A stretch of DNA of 64,000 nucleotides from assembly GCA_963664405.1 (NCBI GenBank), contig OY761158.1, positions 554,038-618,037 on the forward strand. The letters run 5' to 3'. A program made the translations under genes and the position numbers. A model generated the notes under the pieces. It saw only the letters and a program-made list of their open reading frames with translations. It did no database searches and had not been told where the DNA came from. This stretch comes from Thermoanaerobaculia bacterium. GTDB lineage: Bacteria; Acidobacteriota; Thermoanaerobaculia; Multivoradales; Multivoraceae. This document shows, piece after piece, positions 46,367 to 55,132 of this stretch (its first letter is position 1; each line of letters starts with the position of its first letter).

Positions 46367-47800
46367 CTAAGCAGTCTCCGCTGCCGCGACCGACGTCCAT
46401 TCGTGCAACTCGTCCACCGTCTTGCGGTAGTGCTTCATACCCACATAGAGAAATGACGCCGCCATCAGATGCGCGAAGCAACCGACGAGAACGATCGAAT
46501 AGTTGATCTTCATTTCGTCCTGAAAGAGCAAATCGGTCGCCAGCCCGAGAGCGCCAGGGCCGAGCCCGAGACCGATCAGCGCATTGAAGAAAATGAAAAT
46601 GGCGGACGCCTGGCCCCGCAACGTATTGGGCATGATCTCTTGGATGGCCGCCGCCTGGACGCCGATCGTCATCGCACCAATGAAGGCTGGCGGGACCATG
46701 AACGCGGCGGCGAGATACACATTCGGCATGAGCGGATAAAGAAGACCGCACGGTAGCCAGGCCAGACTAACCCAGACGCCGATCCGCATCTTGGCGTCGC
46801 GGTACCCGCGAGCATAGAGACGATCCGCCGCCCACCCCCCGAAAACCGTCCCTGCCGTGCCAAAGACGATTCCGACGCCCCCCAGCAGGTAACCGGCCTG
46901 CGTCGCCGTCAAGCCATGGACGCGCATATAGAACGCGGGGAGCCAAGCGCCGAGGCCGTAGCCCGAGAACGCCAGCCACGCGTAGCCGACGTTGTGGCAC
47001 AACACTGTCTTCCAGTTCTTGCGCAGATAGAGCACCAGCTCGCCTCTCGGCGGCTTGGCCATCTGCCACTCACCGTCGTCGTCTCGGACTCGCCTCACGT
47101 TTCGGCGGAACGGTTCCTTCACAAACAGCATCAACGCCGTTAGAGGAATGGTCGGCAGGCAAATCAGGAAGAACACAATCTGCCAGCGGTATCGCTCTCC
47201 GAGAACGGGCACCTCATACAACACGCCAGGCTCCATCAGCCCAACTGCCCACGCCCCAAGAAGGTTCGCGACGTTCGCTCCCAGCGTGACCCCCATCCCG
47301 TAGACGCCTAGCGCCAACGCGATCTTCTTGAGCGGAAAACTGTCCGCGACGATCGAGTAGGCCGAAGGCGACAACGTCGCTTCCCCAACCCCCACGCCGA
47401 ACCGGCAAGTGAACAACTGCCAATAACGCGTGGCCAAGCCGCAGGAGAAGGAGGCCAGCGTCCAGAAGATCTGACCGACGATAATGATCCGAGTCCGCTT
47501 GCTCCGGTCGACGAGATATCCAATGGGCAGACCGGCGGTCGCATAGAAGAACGCAAACGCGATACCCATCAGCAAACCCATCTGCGTGTCGCTGACATCA
47601 AGAGAGTCCTTGATGTCCTCAACCAGCAAACCCATGATTTGCCGGTCGAGAAACGAATTCAGATAGATGCCGACAAGAATCGAGACCGTAAGCCAAGACT
47701 TCCATTCCGCCGGAAGGGGCGGATCCTCAGGCGCGCCACCAGGAGCCTCCTCCAGTTCTGGCGCGATCCCATCCGGGTTCCTCGGTTCTTCTGGGGTCAT
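46367..47800 (-). CDS. MFS transporter
   Basis: 12-TM-like profile. LNSFLDRQIMGLLVEDIKDSL and GYLVDRSKRTRII (MFS loop 2-3 motif). The longest ORF starts at 47947. Confidence 0.85.
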   Translation of the reverse strand: MTPEEPRNPDGIAPELEEAPGGAPEDPPLPAEWKSWLTVSILVGIYLNSFLDRQIMGLLVEDIKDSLDVSDTQMGLLMGIAFAFFYATAGLPIGYLVDRSKRTRIIIVGQIFWTLASFSCGLATRYWQLFTCRFGVGVGEATLSPSAYSIVADSFPLKKIALALGVYGMGVTLGANVANLLGAWAVGLMEPGVLYEVPVLGERYRWQIVFFLICLPTIPLTALMLFVKEPFRRNVRRVRDDDGEWQMAKPPRGELVLYLRKNWKTVLCHNVGYAWLAFSGYGLGAWLPAFYMRVHGLTATQAGYLLGGVGIVFGTAGTVFGGWAADRLYARGYRDAKMRIGVWVSLAWLPCGLLYPLMPNVYLAAAFMVPPAFIGAMTIGVQAAAIQEIMPNTLRGQASAIFIFFNALIGLGLGPGALGLATDLLFQDEMKINYSIVLVGCFAHLMAASFLYVGMKHYRKTVDELHEWTSVAAAETA

Positions 47801-47978
47801 CCCTTCTGCTTTCACAATAGGGCCTGCGTAAAGGTACGTGAGCGTAGCCACTGACAGCCAGCGCGTCAACGGTAGGGCCGTCAGCCTGGATCCCGCAGGC
47901 TCTCGGACTAGGATTCGATGCTCTGGCAGACCGACTTCACCAGGCACCAGATGCGATATCGAGTCAGGAGGCCTGCCA

Positions 47979-48270
47979 TGACAACCGAGGACGAAGTCAT
48001 CCTCACGATTCCTCGGAAGCCGTTCCGCCGGCTGAAGGAACTGGCCCGCAGAGAAGGCACCGAACCCGAAGGCGATTATTATCGAGTCGCTGGAGATGAG
48101 GCTGGCGGACGAGCGGCGTGACTCCGCGCATCGTATCGCCTCAATTGAGAGCTATCTTCGCGCAGTCTCGCAATCCACCCAAAAGTGCGACAGCGGGAGA
48201 CTTATTCGCTTCGAGCTATTCCTGTCGTACTCCGCCACATTTCACGACAACTTCCCGTCACTCGGTCGCA
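47979..48270 (+). pseudogene. Frameshifted small ribbon-helix-helix-like ORF running into a REP-like unit
   Basis: MTTEDEVILTIPRKPFRRLKELARREGTEPEG, then a one-nt frame change gives IIIESLEMRLADERRDS... As annotated the frame stops at 48121. Confidence 0.25.
48140..48252 (+). repeat. REP-like double-hairpin unit
   Basis: ...GTCTCGCAATCCACCCAAAAGTGCGACAGCGGGAGACTTATTCGCTTCGAGCTATTCCTGTCGTACTCCGCCACATTTCACGACA. Near-identical module at 60300-60392. Confidence 0.65.
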
Positions 48271-48312
48271 ACTAGCGGACTAGGCCGCTACTCTGATGCC
48301 CGCGCCCAGGGC

Positions 48313-49765
48313 GGATTCAACTGGTCGTCGCAACATCTCGTGATGGAGGTGTTTCGATGGGAGTTGGCAAGTGTCAGGGTGCGATTCGAGCGATGCGTGG
48401 CCAGATGCGGTCACCTGGCCGGCCCTCGACAGCGCGGCGCGAGGACCGGATCCGGTTCTGGGAGACGATCGCTCGTGGGGCGTCCAGCGAGGACGCCGCA
48501 ACAGAGGCTGGGGTGTCGCCGGCTGTCGGGTCGAGATGGTTCAGGCAAGCTGGTGGAATGCGACCTATCTCGTTGGCTCCGGTGTCGGGGCGTTATCTGT
48601 CGTTCGCCGAGCGTGAAGAGATCGCCATCCTTCACGCTCAGCATGTTGGGGTACGTGAGATCGCTCGCCGCCTGGGTCGTTCACCGTCGACGATTTCGCG
48701 GGAGCTGCGCCGCAACGCGGCGACTCGCAGCCGTGCCGTAACTTATCGGGCCACGACTGCGCAGTGGCACGCGGAGCGGCGCGCCAGCCGTCCGAAGGTC
48801 TCCAAGCTTGCCGCGAACGATGCCTTGCGTGAGTACGTGCAGAACCGCCTCGCCGGCGTGATCGCAAGGCCTGACGGGGAGCTGGTGCCGGGTCCGGATG
48901 TGCGTTGGATCGGCCGTCGGCACGGCCGTCGCCAGGATCGGCGTTGGGCGAAATCCTGGAGTCCGGAGCAGATCTCGAACCGGCTTCGGATTGATTTCCC
49001 CCATAATGAGTCGATGCGGATCTCTCACGAGGCGATCTACCAAGCGCTCTACATCCAAGGTCGAGGAGCCCTCAAACGCGAGCTCGTCGCGTGCCTGCGA
49101 ACCGGGCGAGCGCTACGAGTGCCGCATGCGCGAACCCGGGGGAGAGGCAAGAAATTTGTAACTCCGGAGATCATGATCAGCGAACGCCCCGCCGAAGCCG
49201 CCGACAGGGCCGTGCCGGGTCACTGGGAAGGCGACCTGATCGTCGGGCTCGAGAGCTCAGCGATCGGGACCCTCGTCGAACGCACTACGCGGTTCACGAT
49301 GCTGCTGCACCTGCCCCGCATGGAAGGGCACGGGACCGAATCGAGGGTGAAGAACGGGCCGGCCCTCGCCGGGCACGGCGCCGAAGCCGTCCGTGACGCG
49401 ATCGCGGTGTCAATCACCACGCTGCCCGAGCAGCTCCGCCGGTCCTTGACCTGGGACCAGGGCGCCGAGATGGCTCAACACGCTCAACTCCGCGTCGATA
49501 CCGGCCTCGCGATCTACTTCTGCGACCCGCACAGCCCCTGGCAGCGGGGCACCAACGAGAACACCAACGGACTACTACGCCAGTACTTCCCGAAGGGCAC
49601 CGACCTTGTCAGATACTCCTGCGACGACCTCGCCGCGGTCGCGCTCGCACTCAACGGCCGACCCCGCAAGACCCTCGGCTGGAGAACCCCTGCCGAAGTC
49701 TTCGATGAGCTTGTACACTCTGCTCACCAAGGCAACGCTGCGACGACTCCTTGAACCCAAGCAGT
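48313..49765 (+). mobile_element. IS30-family element
   Basis: Imperfect IRs GGATTCAACTGGTCGTCGCAAC (48313-) and rc GGGTTCAAGGAGTCGTCGCAGC (-49758). Single transposase ORF. Confidence 0.8.
48357..49754 (+). CDS. IS30-family transposase
   Basis: HTH LSFAEREEIAILHAQHVGVREIARRLGRSPSTISRELRRN. DDE core HWEGDLI...LTWDQGAEMA...PWQRGTNENTNGLLRQYFPKGTDL. Confidence 0.92.
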   Translation: MGVGKCQGAIRAMRGQMRSPGRPSTARREDRIRFWETIARGASSEDAATEAGVSPAVGSRWFRQAGGMRPISLAPVSGRYLSFAEREEIAILHAQHVGVREIARRLGRSPSTISRELRRNAATRSRAVTYRATTAQWHAERRASRPKVSKLAANDALREYVQNRLAGVIARPDGELVPGPDVRWIGRRHGRRQDRRWAKSWSPEQISNRLRIDFPHNESMRISHEAIYQALYIQGRGALKRELVACLRTGRALRVPHARTRGRGKKFVTPEIMISERPAEAADRAVPGHWEGDLIVGLESSAIGTLVERTTRFTMLLHLPRMEGHGTESRVKNGPALAGHGAEAVRDAIAVSITTLPEQLRRSLTWDQGAEMAQHAQLRVDTGLAIYFCDPHSPWQRGTNENTNGLLRQYFPKGTDLVRYSCDDLAAVALALNGRPRKTLGWRTPAEVFDELVHSAHQGNAATTP

Positions 49766-50025
49766 ACGCCTCGAAGGCTTACCAGGATCGGCTGGCTGAG
49801 CTGCGGTTTCGCTGCAGCATGTCCGGCGTCGGAAATTGTTATGACAATGCGGTCTTGGAGAGCTTCTTCGACAGTCTCAAGACCGAGGTCTGGGACCGAC
49901 CCTTCGAGACTCGTCAGCGAGCTCACGACGAAGCGGTTTCTTACCTCGAAGTGTTCTACAACCTGAGACGCCAGCATTCGACGCTCGGATTCCTGAGCCC
50001 CGAGGCCTTCGAAGGGGCAGCGTGA
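49766..50025 (+). pseudogene. C-terminal fragment of an IS3-family OrfB (rve) transposase
   Basis: ...YQDRLAELRFRCSMSGVGNCYDNAVLESFFDSLKTEVW...LEVFYNLRRQHSTLGFLSPEAFE. The upstream part is missing (replaced by the IS30). A likely IS3 right end ...AACTGCCCCGATGGGGCTTAACTTGGTGTCCA lies near 50155. Confidence 0.75.
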
Positions 50026-50027
50026 AC

Positions 50028-51005
50028 TCACGCGCGACCGGCGGTCGGATCCGAAGGGAGGCTGCGCTCCCCGAACCTCGCACAGCCTCGTCCGAAGCTG
50101 ACTACCCGAACTGATGCAGAATAGGAACTGCCCCGATGGGGCTTAACTTGGTGTCCACGAAACCGTGACCGCTCAGAACCCCTGCCGAAGTCTTCGATGA
50201 GTTTGTACACTCTGCTCACCAAGGCAACGTTGCGACGACCCCTTGAACCCAAGCAGTCTGCCTGCGGCAGCTCTATGGCGAGCACCTCGTCGGCGTCCCG
50301 GATCTGCCAGATCGCCTCCTCCGGGACAGCGGGCTCGGGAGCGAGATTGTGGATCGGTGGGATCGAGCGCAGGTAGGCGAAGATCGAGATCAGATCCTCG
50401 TCGGTCAGGTTGCGAATCCACAGCCATGGCATCGGCGGCAGGACGCCCCGACCGGCCCCGCCGAGGTGTCGCCCCGTGCGAAAGATGTCGAGGAACATCT
50501 CCTCGGTCCAGGAGCCGGTGCCGGTCTCGATGTCGGGGGTGAGGTTGAGGGAGTACATGGTGCCGAAAGGCAGAGCGAAGCTCGTGAAGGTCGGACCGAT
50601 CAGGGCGATGTCCCCCGGACCGATGGTTCCCTGGGGATCGGGTGCGCCGCTCGGATGCCCCGACAGCATGCGGCTCATGTCGGGTCTCGGGGCGCCGATC
50701 ACCGGATCGAAGTTCCAGGGCGTGTGGCAGTCGTTGCAGCTGCCGAAACGCACCAGGTACTCACCACGCTCGATCTGAGCATCGCTGTAGGGGTTCTCGG
50801 GTGCCGTGCCTGGGACGACGGGGCCCAAGTCGAATGGTTCCGGTGGTGGCGATGCCTCCGCATCCGGTGTTGTTGCCGCGCCGGTGGCGGATTGCTCGGC
50901 TGGCCCTCGAGTGCAGGCTATCAACGCCAGGAACAGAATGGTCACGGCGAGTCCGAAAGCTCCCCCCAGGATGATCTGCACTCTCGTGTTCTTCATCTCC
51001 AACAA
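50028..51005 (-). CDS. c-type cytochrome (membrane-anchored); authentic sequence ends near 50263 and the 3' part is IS-derived
   Basis: N-terminal TM. Haem site CNDCH. After ...DEVLAIELPQ the frame reads through the IS30 end copy and the IS3 fragment. Confidence 0.75.
   Translation of the reverse strand: MLEMKNTRVQIILGGAFGLAVTILFLALIACTRGPAEQSATGAATTPDAEASPPPEPFDLGPVVPGTAPENPYSDAQIERGEYLVRFGSCNDCHTPWNFDPVIGAPRPDMSRMLSGHPSGAPDPQGTIGPGDIALIGPTFTSFALPFGTMYSLNLTPDIETGTGSWTEEMFLDIFRTGRHLGGAGRGVLPPMPWLWIRNLTDEDLISIFAYLRSIPPIHNLAPEPAVPEEAIWQIRDADEVLAIELPQADCLGSRGRRNVALVSRVYKLIEDFGRGSERSRFRGHQVKPHRGSSYSASVRVVSFGRGCARFGERSLPSDPTAGRA
50176..50262 (+). repeat. Second copy of the last ~87 bp of the IS30 element (solo right end)
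   Basis: GAACCCCTGCCGAAGTCTTCGATGAG(C/T)TTGTACACTCTGCTCACCAAGGCAACG(C/T)TGCGACGAC(T/C)CCTTGAACCCAAGCAGT matches 49679-49765. Confidence 0.8.
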
Positions 51006-51065
51006 TGTGTATTCAACTCCTCTGAGGCTCCTCGTGGCCGAGGCGAGTTCCTGCTTCCAGAACGA

Positions 51066-51222
51066 TGACTTGGCGACATCTTACCCGTCGCCCGTGGGAT
51101 CAGCGGCTCAGTGCTCGATCTGTGCGGTCGCACCTCACCGAATTTCACGACAGCCCCTCTGTTCAGAGGCTTATCCGCTTCCGGCTATACGTGTCGTCTC
51201 TCGCCACATAAAGCGTCACACT
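51066..51222 (+). repeat. REP-like triple-hairpin unit (solo copy)
   Basis: TTGGCGACATCTTACCCGTCGCCC...GGTCGCACCTCACCGAATTTCACGACA...GTGTCGTCTCTCGCCACATAAAGCGTCAC. Collinear with 57420-57575 and 60250-60395. Confidence 0.65.
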
Positions 51223-51549
51223 CCTGACGCGAGAAGGATCTCGTACGAGCGGCTTAGGGGGCGAGACAATCTTCTTTGCGTTCTGTGATCGCCTCGCCGT
51301 ACGACAGGAAAGCGCTCTCCTCTCGTCCTTCTCCTCAGTGCTCGGTCGGAGCACCAGGCTATACTGGCTTCAACGACCAATGACTTCGCGAGCGAGCGGT
51401 CTTGTCGTGCTCCTGGTCTCCGTTGGACCGGCGTTAGCTCAGGAGGGCCAACAGGTCCCAGATCCGGGCGCCGAGACCCGCGTCGTCCCCTATACAGACC
51501 ACTTTGGGGATACTCGAGTCGACTACATTATTGGCGGTCGGGCTGACCG

Positions 51550-51738
51550 GAATGGCATTAACATCTTCATATAACGTGCGTGGCCAACGGTTAAGCATTG
51601 CTTTCCCGCCGCAGCTGCCAACGTGTGACAGCTACGAAATCATTGGGGGTTTCGCCCGCCGAAGTCTTGCAGCATTGAAGTCACAGCATGACGTAACCGT
51701 TGTCGTGATTGGTTTTACGAAGATGTTAATGCCATTCA
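51550..51738. mobile_element. MITE-like element: 19-bp perfect terminal inverted repeats and 10-bp direct repeat
   Basis: TIR GAATGGCATTAACATCTTC (51550-68) and its reverse complement (51719-37). GGGCTGACCG at 51540-49 and 51739-48. AT-rich interior that can fold (CCAACGGTTA / TAACCGTTG). Confidence 0.7.
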
Positions 51739-51791
51739 GGGCTGACCGCAGCGAAGCCCCCGTCGTCTGCAATTCCATGACCGGTTGAACC

Positions 51792-53493
51792 ATGATGATT
51801 GACGAGTCGGCGTTCTCGGCGTATTTGGACTGCCCATATAAGGCCTTTCTTACATTGCAACAACTGACTGGCCCACAGCGCGAATTTCAGAAACTGCGGT
51901 CGAGGCTCCACGAGAAACTCCTGTCCCGTGTCGAATCAGAGATCCTTCGGGTAATAACGCCACGTACTCTGTCGAGAAAGTCTCGGACGACAGTTTCAGA
52001 TCTAAGACGAGGATCGCCCCTCATCCTCAACACCGTACTGTCCAGCTCTCAGTTTTCTTGTCGAGTTGCCGCGCTCCAACGCATAGATGGTCCATCCTCG
52101 TTAGGATCCTTCCTTTACACACCAATCCTTTTTCACGAGGATGCGGCGATTACGTCATCTCAGAAACTTCTTCTAGCATTTGCTGCGAATGTATTGGGCC
52201 GGGTTCAAGGATACGAACCGTCGGTTGGGCACATTGTTTCAGGAACGTCATGTACGCTGAAGAAGGTTTCCCTGAAGGCACTATCCCAACAGGTTGAAGA
52301 TATCATTAACGAACTCCAGCGGTACTCTTCCCAGATATCGGAACCTCGACAACTCCTAAACTCGCATTGTCATATTTGCCAGCACCATGACCGATGCGAG
52401 TCTGACGCACAGCAAATCGACCATCTAAGCAGGCTCAATCGAATAAGCGCGAGTGAAATCGACAAGTTGAATGCCAAGGGGATATTCACCGTTCATCAGT
52501 TGTCCCACACGTTTCGGCCACGGAAGCGTCCGAAGCGGCAAGGTGGACGCGACTACATCCCATACCACCATTCGCTGAGAGCCCTCGCGATTCGCGAGCA
52601 GAAGATCCACGTCTTTCAGCGTCCACCAAGCGTCTCTGCTACGACTCGCGCCTACATTGACATGGAAGGCGACCATGCCGCGCGGCACGTTTACCTAATC
52701 GGCCTCTTCCTTATCCGAAATGGGCGCCAACAGTACACGTCGTTCTGGGCCGAGAATCGAGACGACGAAGAACGCATCTTCCACGCACTGTTCGACAGAC
52801 TATCGCGGCTAGACGACTGCCATTTGTTCCACTATGGAAGCTATGACGGGCGTGCGCTAAAGCGCATGGTTCACTTGGCTCCAACGGAGAGTGTGAAGGA
52901 GCTAGTCACGAAGAACACTACCAATGTCCTCACAAACATCTATGCGCAGGTGTATTTCCCGACATACGGCAATCGACTGAAGGACGTTGCTGCGTTCCTC
53001 GGGTTTGAGTGGACCTACCCAGATTATTCTGGCATGGAAGCGATCTTGTGGCGACACCTGTGGGATCTCAGCCACTCCGCACAAATAAAGGCCCTGCTGA
53101 CCAAATACAACCGTGACGACTGCATGGCATTGAGGCTCGTGCATGAGGCGATCGAAGAAATCGCGACTGACTCACATGAACCGGTCGCTTGCGTGTCCTC
53201 GGAGTCAAATCCGCTGAAAGAGCCGATTGTATCCACAGAATCCCTCATGCACTCATCTGACTATAAAGATTGGGGACGAAGGGAGTTTGCGCGAGAAGAG
53301 TTTCGTCTTGTGGCCGACAGCGCCTACTTCGACTACCAACGAAACAGAGTCTACGTCCGCACGAACACAAAGGTGAGACGATATCAGCGACGGTCAAAGA
53401 AGCGGAGTGAGAAGGTCACGACTCGCCCGAACAAGATCATTGATTACACTGTCGCAGTGTGTCCGCGATGCAAGTCCGACCCTCTCTGCCAAG
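51792..53493 (+). pseudogene. N-terminal part of the nuclease-transposase fusion gene: Cas4/RecB-like PD-(D/E)xK nuclease (4-Cys) + RNase H-like (PF13482-type) exonuclease + first half of zf-IS66
   Basis: FSAYLDCPYKAFL ... CHICQHHDRCESDAQQIDHLSRLNRISASEIDKLNAKGIFTVHQL (TM0106-family pattern). YIDMEGD...YLIGLF...FWAENRDDEERIF...LFHYGSYDGRALKR. ...VAVCPRCKSDPLCQ is then interrupted by the IS3. Confidence 0.75.
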
Positions 53494-53549
53494 ATGCTTG
53501 AGACATCTCGCCACCGCTTAAATAGAGTAGGGCGGAGAGGTGAAACCTG

Positions 53550-54104
53550 ATGTCTGAAGAGAGGAAGATGCAAGAGATGAGATCAGCAGGCACGTCCATT
53601 GCGGTCCGGGGCGAGGAGGAGGTTTCCCAGCTTCCCCCGTGCGCCCAGATGGGGTCCGCGGAGGCGCCGACGGGCGAGCGTAGCGAGCACGGAGACGCAG
53701 CAGCGGGCGCCATCTGGGCGCGGCCGAGCCCTGTGTTGGATCCTGAGGTGGTCGCCAAGCCAACGCGGCGAACCTTCACGGCCGAGTACAAGCTGCGAAT
53801 CCTCGAGGAAGTCGAAGTGGCCACGCCTGGCGACATCGGCGCGATCCTGCGTCGCGAGGGATTGTACAGCTCACACCTGACGGCCTGGCGCAGGGCACGC
53901 AGGACCGGCGCTCTGCGAAGGCTGGGCCGAAGGCGAGGGCGCAAGGCGAAGTCCGGCAATCCGCTGGCCAAGAAGGTCGAGCAACTGGAAAAGGAGCTAT
54001 CCCGTACTCGCGAGGCGCTGCGCAAGGCAGAGCTGATCCTCGAAGTGCAGGGAAAAGTTGCCGGGCTGCTGGGCTTCAACCTCGAGGACGGGAGGAGCTC
54101 CTGA
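53550..54104 (+). CDS. IS3-family transposase OrfA
   Basis: HTH TFTAEYKLRILEEV and a leucine-zipper-like C-terminus. The slippery A-AAA-G at 54053-57 precedes the -1 frame that continues into OrfB. Confidence 0.88.
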   Translation: MSEERKMQEMRSAGTSIAVRGEEEVSQLPPCAQMGSAEAPTGERSEHGDAAAGAIWARPSPVLDPEVVAKPTRRTFTAEYKLRILEEVEVATPGDIGAILRREGLYSSHLTAWRRARRTGALRRLGRRRGRKAKSGNPLAKKVEQLEKELSRTREALRKAELILEVQGKVAGLLGFNLEDGRSS

Positions 54105-54118
54105 TCGCCGCCGCCGAA

Positions 54119-55108
54119 TTGGCGCTGCAGGTCGGCGTCAAGCCGTCCTGTATCGCTCTCGGCGTGGCACGGGCGACCCTGTACCGTCGTCGGAAGCCAA
54201 CTACCGGGCCGCAGCCCCGGCCAACACCCGCCCGGGCTCTGAGCGAGGACGAGTGCCAAGCCGTCCTGGACGTCCTGGACTCGCCTCGTTTCGTCGATCG
54301 TGCCCCCGCCGAGGTCGTCGCCACGCTCCTGGACGAGCAACGCTACCTCTGCTCGGAGAGGACCATGTACCGCATCCTCGCTGCGCGAGCTCCGGTGCGC
54401 GAGCGGCGCAACCAGCTTCGCCACCCCGATTACACCAAGCCGGAGCTGGTGGCGGTCGCCCCCAACCAAGTCTGGTCCTGGGATATCACCCGATTGCGGG
54501 GTCCTGAGAAGTGGAGCTACTACTACCTCTACGTCCTGCTCGACATCTTCAGCCGCTACGTCGTCGGCTGGATGCTCGCTCCCCGCGAGAACGCCAATCT
54601 CGCCGGTCGCCTCATCGAGGAGACGTGCTGCAAGCACGATGTCAAACCCGAGGTCCTCACTCTGCACAGCGATCGGGGCTCCCCGATGACCGCCAAGTGC
54701 ACGGCTCAGCTGCTCGCCGATCTGGGACTCACTCAGTCGCTCAGCCGGCCCCAGGTCTGTGACGACAATCCCTTTTCCGAGGCCCAGTTCAAGACCCTCA
54801 AGTACCACCCGAGCTTCCCCTCCCGATTCGCCAGCCAGGAGGCCGCCCAGGCTTTCTGCAGGACCTTCTTCCCTTGGTACAACACCGAGCACCGCCACGG
54901 TGGGATCGCCCACCTGACGCCGCACGGCGTCCACCACGGTCGAGCGGAGCAGGACCTTGCCGCACGGCAAGTCACGCTCGATGCCGCCTTCCAAACTCAC
55001 CCAGAACGCTTCCTCCGAGGGCGACCCATCGTCTCGCCTTTACCTGGAACCGTATACATCAACCGGCCTGAGGATCCGCAGGTCTCGACCGAAGAGGACC
55101 TTCACTAA
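54119..55108 (+). CDS. IS3-family transposase OrfB (rve integrase core)
   Basis: PNQVWSWDITRL...YLYVLLDIFSRYVVGW...LHSDRGSPMT...NPFSEAQFKTLKY...YNTEHRHGGI. The -1 frame is open back to 54053. Confidence 0.9.
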   Translation: MALQVGVKPSCIALGVARATLYRRRKPTTGPQPRPTPARALSEDECQAVLDVLDSPRFVDRAPAEVVATLLDEQRYLCSERTMYRILAARAPVRERRNQLRHPDYTKPELVAVAPNQVWSWDITRLRGPEKWSYYYLYVLLDIFSRYVVGWMLAPRENANLAGRLIEETCCKHDVKPEVLTLHSDRGSPMTAKCTAQLLADLGLTQSLSRPQVCDDNPFSEAQFKTLKYHPSFPSRFASQEAAQAFCRTFFPWYNTEHRHGGIAHLTPHGVHHGRAEQDLAARQVTLDAAFQTHPERFLRGRPIVSPLPGTVYINRPEDPQVSTEEDLH

Positions 55109-55132
55109 TTTATGACTCGAGGTGTCTCAAAG

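Larger units (their letters stand above)
53494..55129 (+). mobile_element. IS3-family element
   Basis: orfA/orfB. Ends TGAGACATCTCG (53499-) and CGAGGTGTCTCA (-55129). AAG at 53491-93 and 55130-32. Excision of 53494-55132 restores the host ORF. Confidence 0.85.

Noticed and set aside
53499-55129. IS3 boundaries taken strictly at TG...CA (53499-55129) with no target duplication
   Set aside because: With these limits the flanks (GCT / AAG) are not duplicated and the host ORF halves are out of frame. Taking 53494 as the left limit gives an AAG/AAG duplication and restores the 924-codon frame. The 5 extra nt at the left end remain unexplained.
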